DNA from: Gammaproteobacteria bacterium
Lineage (GTDB): Bacteria; Pseudomonadota; Gammaproteobacteria; Eutrophobiales; Eutrophobiaceae
Length of the DNA stretch: 64,000 nucleotides
Assembly: GCA_965221695.1 (NCBI GenBank)
Contig: OZ244905.1
Coordinates: 3,456,001 to 3,520,000 of the forward strand
Direction: 5' to 3'
The stretch's first letter is position 1, and every line of letters starts with the position of its first letter. Of the stretch, positions 59,280 to 64,000 are shown piece after piece. Under the pieces are notes generated by a model. It was not told where the DNA came from and searched no databases. It saw only the letters and a program-made list of their open reading frames with translations. A program made the translations under genes and the position numbers.

Positions 59280-61805
59280 TCATGCGCACTCCGCGCCAAC
59301 AGGTTTGGATACGATCGCCTGCGCGCGATCGTTTTCCAGATGAAGCCCACGGGTCAGGAAACCGGGACGAAACAGGCTCCATACCACAGGGGCTGCAAAG
59401 AAACTGAGCAGGAACGTGGTAAGCAGTATCAGCGCCATGCTGAAACCGACATAACCGACATAAAGCGGAACGATGGATACCGCCAGACACCCGGTAAACA
59501 ACGCGCTAAATGAAAAAATCAAAGGCTCTCGAACCAGTGTAAAACCATCAAACAGAGCCCGTTTGAAATTTCCGTCTTTCACGAATTCTTCACGAAAGCG
59601 ATACAGGAGATACACTTCGGCATCAATGCCAACACCGCTTGCGATAGCCAACGCGGCGGTCACATTGGAATTGAATTCGATACCGATCAGGTGGATCAAA
59701 AACATCCATATTAGGATGCCAATCGCGAGTGGGAACATCAGCAGCAAGGGCGCGACGACAGAGCGCAGCATCAGCGCTGCAGCGATAAATGAAGCCAGAG
59801 CGCTCAACAATGTAGCCAGTACCATCCATTTTTTGATTGAGCGATTAAACGCGTCGGCAATGCCGACATTGCCGGCTGCCAGTTTCAATTCGACATTCAG
59901 TTCATCGGTGTCCCAGTTGGCCGCGACATACTCATTTGCCCGGTCCAGCAGTAAGGCCACAGTTTCCGGGCTGGTATCCCGCACAAACGCGATGATTGCC
60001 GTGTTCTGGTAGTCCGGGTCGACCACGAAATCAAACGCGCCCGGCAATCCTCCGGTGAGGAAGTAGATGGCTTCGTTAACTGCCATCTGCGCTCGCCCTT
60101 CGGTCGGAACCCTGAATGCCTCGTCACGATCTTCATTCAGGAAACGGTTCATGATCTTGATATAAAACGGCAGTCCGATCACTGCCGACACCTGTTCTGT
60201 CTGCCCCAGATAGCGGGAGAACTCATCCATTGCCACCAGCGCCTTCGGTGTTTTGACATCCCCGGGGTTTTTACCTTGGGCAAGAATTGCAAGGGTGTAA
60301 ACGCCGCCGAACAAGCGGGTGATCTCCTGTTCCATCTCGTAAAGCTGATTCCCTTCCCAGGATCTGGTCAGATAGTTGTGCACAGCGTAGGTGTTGTTCT
60401 GGCCCGTGCTGATCTCTGATGCGAGAAAACGGCCGACTGCAGTGTCCTTGGCCACAGGTATCGACATCCAGACGCTGAGCGAGATAAGCAGCAACAACCC
60501 TGAGCCGCAGAGCACGGCCCATTGCGCGGAACGGTTGTAGATCAAGGGTCGCACTATCACCGCTGTGGTGCGATAGATAAAGCCGCGCTGTGTTCTGCGA
60601 CCGGTTTGGGCGTAAATCATTGCTTCGCGCAGACTCGACGCAGGCATATAGGAAAGCAGCGCCACGAGAAATGTCGGCACGATGACAATGATCGCCAACA
60701 GCCCGAAGGCAGTGACCTGTCCCAGTACTCGGACATTGTCAAAAGGCACAAACGATAATACGACAAATGCCATCAGGTCGGTGCACAGCACAACGATCAG
60801 GGGACGGGTCATGTGGATCAGTGTTCGTTCCAACGCCGCCGACACCGGACGATCTTCGCTCAATTCATCGGTTAAAAGGCGCTTGATAAACAATACACTG
60901 TGCGATGCAGCAACTGCCAGTATGATGAAAGGCGCAATCAGCGCCGCCGATGAGGTCAGCACATCGCCTTCAAACAGACGCTGAAATGCAAACGCCCAGA
61001 TTGAGGCCATCACACCTACTAAAAGTGGCGGAACAACGCCAACGACTGACCTGAAAGCAAAGATCAATACGATTGCAATGACAGCCACTACCAGCACGAA
61101 CGCGCCCAGGATATAGGGCAGGCCATCACTGTTGACCCAGCCGATGAGAATGGGCGAACCGGCTGCGGTAACGACATGTGTCTCATCGTTTTCGGCGCCG
61201 ATGATGTCCTGCACCGCCTTGTAAATGGCAATCGGGTCGGTAACCGGCAGGCTGAGACCCGCGCGCACATCCTGCAGCCCGGTTCTGAAGTCTGCTTGAA
61301 TGATGACTGCAGACCAGTCTTTCGAGACTAAAGTTCCCTTCAGGGCAGCGTTATTCTCAATCCCGAAGCGCACTCGAGCAAGTTCTTGCGCGGTCTCCGG
61401 CGCGCGATTCGGGTTTTCAAAAAGAATGCTTGCGTCAAGCAGATCCGCAGTGCCTTTCAGGTAGCGCGAATTAATGGTGGAAAGCGAGCGCACCGCATAA
61501 GGAATGACGCCATGCACTTCCTGGAGCCGGTCGGTAATTCTCTTTACCTTCGCTAGTGTTTCTGCTTGCACAATGCTTGCGCCGTCTTTGCGCGAAATCA
61601 TGATGGTTACCATGTTCGCGCCGCCAAACTTGCGTTGCAGGGTATCGTTGAGCGCGACAGAGGGGTCGTCTTCGGGTGGCCAGCGGTTCGGATCATCGTA
61701 AATCTTCAGGCCCAATGCAAAATACGCGGCGCCGGCTGTGACAACCAGTGTCGCGGCAAATAGCATGGCCCGATAGCGAACCAGGAAGGCAGACAGACGC
61801 TCCAT
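59280..61805 (-). CDS. RND/MMPL family transporter
   Basis: Twofold repeat of TM plus periplasmic domain plus five TMs; FGGAN, GVGID, YRFREE. Confidence 0.85.
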   Translation of the reverse strand: MERLSAFLVRYRAMLFAATLVVTAGAAYFALGLKIYDDPNRWPPEDDPSVALNDTLQRKFGGANMVTIMISRKDGASIVQAETLAKVKRITDRLQEVHGVIPYAVRSLSTINSRYLKGTADLLDASILFENPNRAPETAQELARVRFGIENNAALKGTLVSKDWSAVIIQADFRTGLQDVRAGLSLPVTDPIAIYKAVQDIIGAENDETHVVTAAGSPILIGWVNSDGLPYILGAFVLVVAVIAIVLIFAFRSVVGVVPPLLVGVMASIWAFAFQRLFEGDVLTSSAALIAPFIILAVAASHSVLFIKRLLTDELSEDRPVSAALERTLIHMTRPLIVVLCTDLMAFVVLSFVPFDNVRVLGQVTAFGLLAIIVIVPTFLVALLSYMPASSLREAMIYAQTGRRTQRGFIYRTTAVIVRPLIYNRSAQWAVLCGSGLLLLISLSVWMSIPVAKDTAVGRFLASEISTGQNNTYAVHNYLTRSWEGNQLYEMEQEITRLFGGVYTLAILAQGKNPGDVKTPKALVAMDEFSRYLGQTEQVSAVIGLPFYIKIMNRFLNEDRDEAFRVPTEGRAQMAVNEAIYFLTGGLPGAFDFVVDPDYQNTAIIAFVRDTSPETVALLLDRANEYVAANWDTDELNVELKLAAGNVGIADAFNRSIKKWMVLATLLSALASFIAAALMLRSVVAPLLLMFPLAIGILIWMFLIHLIGIEFNSNVTAALAIASGVGIDAEVYLLYRFREEFVKDGNFKRALFDGFTLVREPLIFSFSALFTGCLAVSIVPLYVGYVGFSMALILLTTFLLSFFAAPVVWSLFRPGFLTRGLHLENDRAQAIVSKPVGAECA

Positions 61806-61839
61806 ATTATCCCCTCAGTCTCGGACGATAATCTATCGG

Positions 61840-63033
61840 CTATTCCCAGAACAGTATTTTACGAACCGGTTCCTTGCTGAGGTTGTCGAGACTCACGATG
61901 TCTCGAGGCATTCTGTCGTAGTTGATCCAGAACGTGTTCATGTACCAGTCCATACGAAAGCCGCTTTTCGGCTCATAAAAGTACTCCCCCGCCCAGATCA
62001 TCTGCCAATCTTCGAGCTGGTCATTGGCATTTTGCAGACGCGGGTCAGAGGTTGCTACCGCGCGCCGATTAACCCGCTGGCGTATCAGTTCCCCCTTTGA
62101 ATCGAATACCTCTTCATACCAACTGCTACCGGTCTTTATGCCGATGATACGACGCTGTTTGGCGTACCAGTACGACTCTGAGTGCGGGGTTATTTCCAAA
62201 ATGTATGAGGGTTCGCAGACACCATCCAGTCCTACATTTATCTGTTCGCCCTTGGTCTCTGTGGTAAAGCCCATGGTTCCCTCAGCTTGACCGGCATACA
62301 GTGTATGGCCGACCACCTTGTAATCGATGTCGGGAAAGGGTTTCACCTGGGGAAAGTCTTCCCAACGTACGATAGTGCCGGGAATCACGTCTTGGCGCGC
62401 AGCCTGCGGCAGACGGCGCACGCGCCGTGCGGCCGGCGTGTAGAGGAATTCATCGTTGAACTTTTCGCCGTAGTAGATTGTTGTCGAAATGCCCAGCCCG
62501 CGAAAATCATTGGGCGCTACAAAGGTAAACATGTATTGCGCGCGCACCTTGTCGATCAGGCTTTTAGGCAGGCCATCCTGGTTTTGCCGGTAAGCTATCA
62601 TCCATTCGAACAGGCGTTTGTCGCGCAAGGTGCCGTTCGGAGAAATGAGGTCAATAGTCCACTCGGTGATGTAATTATCGCCAAACTCATTAAAATAAAG
62701 CGCGGTATAGGAACGGTCATGGACTTCGCGTCCATCATGTTTGACGCGTTCGGCAACCGGTTTTTCCCAGGGGTAGGGCAGTCCCGGTTGGACCCAGCGG
62801 TCGTAAATTGCGGGGCCGATCGCCTTGTAGTCAACATTATGCCAAGGCTGTGGCTTCCAGTTGACAGTCTCATCGCCCCATTTGCAGGTGTAGGTTCCGG
62901 GTTCGGCGCCTGGCGCAATGGAATATTCCTTGTCCAGGATCATTTCTGCGCCGACCGACCCTGAGGAAATGAAAAATGACAGAGGCAACAGGATGGTTAA
63001 GAAGGTGGATACAACGCGGTTCATTGATTTCAT
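61840..63033 (-). CDS. DUF1329-like periplasmic protein
   Basis: Signal peptide; AP.D.RG and LYTPAARRVRRL...D motif. Confidence 0.75.
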   Translation of the reverse strand: MKSMNRVVSTFLTILLPLSFFISSGSVGAEMILDKEYSIAPGAEPGTYTCKWGDETVNWKPQPWHNVDYKAIGPAIYDRWVQPGLPYPWEKPVAERVKHDGREVHDRSYTALYFNEFGDNYITEWTIDLISPNGTLRDKRLFEWMIAYRQNQDGLPKSLIDKVRAQYMFTFVAPNDFRGLGISTTIYYGEKFNDEFLYTPAARRVRRLPQAARQDVIPGTIVRWEDFPQVKPFPDIDYKVVGHTLYAGQAEGTMGFTTETKGEQINVGLDGVCEPSYILEITPHSESYWYAKQRRIIGIKTGSSWYEEVFDSKGELIRQRVNRRAVATSDPRLQNANDQLEDWQMIWAGEYFYEPKSGFRMDWYMNTFWINYDRMPRDIVSLDNLSKEPVRKILFWE

Positions 63034-63158
63034 GAGATAGCCTCCAGGATTAAAACAAAAAACTTCACCGGAATACCGGTTTGTTCACACGCCAGTCAAC
63101 TATTGGGCCAGGCCCAACCGAATACTTCGCTGAGCATAGCCTATGGTTTGATTTACTC

Positions 63159-63199
63159 ATAGAATCGTTTCTATTTTCTGTTCATTGTAACGTTTCTAT
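63159..63199. promoter_or_regulatory. Two LacI-type operators upstream of DUF1329
   Basis: ATAGAATCGTTTCTAT (63159-63174) and ATTGTAACGTTTCTAT (63184-63199), both with a central CG. Confidence 0.7.
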
Positions 63200-63228
63200 T
63201 TATTATATGTTTCGATTTTGATTATAGC

Positions 63229-64000
63229 TTACATTCGAGAACAGTTTGGCGCGGCGCTGGATTCCCGCAGCACCAGTTCAACGGGATGAGGGCGTAGCAG
63301 TTCCGGCTTTTGCTGGCACTGGGTCATGGCAATAAGCAGTTTCGCTGCGCTCATACCCATTTCGTAAGCTGGCTGACGCACTGTGGTTAATCGGGGAGTC
63401 AGCAATTGCGCCGTGGGGATATCGTCAAAGCCGACTATACTCACCTCACCCGGCACGTGGATGCTATTCGACCTGCAGTACTCCAGCGCGCCGATGGCCA
63501 TCAGATCATTAGCGCACAACAACGCGCTTGGACGCTGGTTTTTCGGCGAATTAAGGAACGATTCTGCCAACTGGTAGCCTGAATCCATCTGGTAATCGCC
63601 CTCCCGAATACCCATTTCATCGGGATTAATGCCACCCATCGCCAGCCCTTCACGGTAACCGGCAAGACGCTGTTCCGAGGTCCAGTGCGAGCCAGGTCCT
63701 GCGACACAGGCAAATCGTTTATGGCCCAGTTCCACCAGGTGGGAAGCTATCTCCCTCGCGCCGCGACGGCCGTCAGCAACTACGGTCGGCAGGTCCAGGC
63801 CGGGAAACCGCTCATCTACCAGGACCACCGGTCCGATTGACTGTAACTTGAGCAGAGACAGGGGCGATTCCTGGAAACCACTTTCATATATGACGCCATT
63901 CACCCGTTTGCTGCGCAGCAGTCGTTCATTTCCGAATTCCGCTTCTTCGGTGTTCTCAGCGCTACAGAGCACGACGAGCACATCATGCATTGCCGCGGCT
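63229..64000 (-). CDS. LacI family regulator (N-terminus outside the window)
   Basis: HLVELGHKR, RLAGY, CANDLMAIG, SIVGFDD, LTTVRQP, LVLRES; frame open to the window edge. Confidence 0.92.
   Translation of the reverse strand, partial: AAAMHDVLVVLCSAENTEEAEFGNERLLRSKRVNGVIYESGFQESPLSLLKLQSIGPVVLVDERFPGLDLPTVVADGRRGAREIASHLVELGHKRFACVAGPGSHWTSEQRLAGYREGLAMGGINPDEMGIREGDYQMDSGYQLAESFLNSPKNQRPSALLCANDLMAIGALEYCRSNSIHVPGEVSIVGFDDIPTAQLLTPRLTTVRQPAYEMGMSAAKLLIAMTQCQQKPELLRPHPVELVLRESSAAPNCSRM

Noticed and set aside
63034-63158. Riboswitch in the DUF1329 leader
   Set aside because: Only short hairpins are visible and no known aptamer consensus was recognised; an Rfam scan would be needed.

Overview
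Bacterial chromosome segment, most likely from a gammaproteobacterium (inferred from aat, sohB, coq7, degQ, oxyR and class I fumarase; GC looks mid-50s % by eye). Housekeeping genes alternate with accessory catabolic blocks. (1) 0.3-6 kb: four exported enzymes (epoxide hydrolase-like, lipase/LCAT-like, RoxA-like di-heme cytochrome c, catalase-related hemoprotein) between the DUF482 GNAT gene and aat, a candidate oxylipin pathway. (2) 10.7-20.5 kb: amine and nucleobase catabolism genes plus two decayed gene relics. (3) 26-41 kb: an extended pyrimidine-utilisation cluster with deoA, TonB receptor, GMC oxidoreductase, an atypical uracil-DNA-glycosylase-fold protein, two RutR-like TetRs with candidate operators, NIPSNAP, an F420-type LLM reductase, mmsA, hydA, beta-ureidopropionase and a P450, but no PreT/PreA. 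(4) 41-49.5 kb: osmolyte, polyamine and anion transporters. (5) 49.7-64 kb: a LacI-linked DUF1329/RND/DUF1302 module with a molybdenum hydroxylase, a Rieske oxygenase plus small partner, an SDR and DUF3891. Intergenic DNA carries an IS5-like multi-hairpin MITE family and a REP-like A(T/C)TCCC-N8-GGGA(A/G)T family. No rRNA, tRNA, CRISPR array, transposase or prophage was seen. All family calls come from motif recognition by eye, not database searches.
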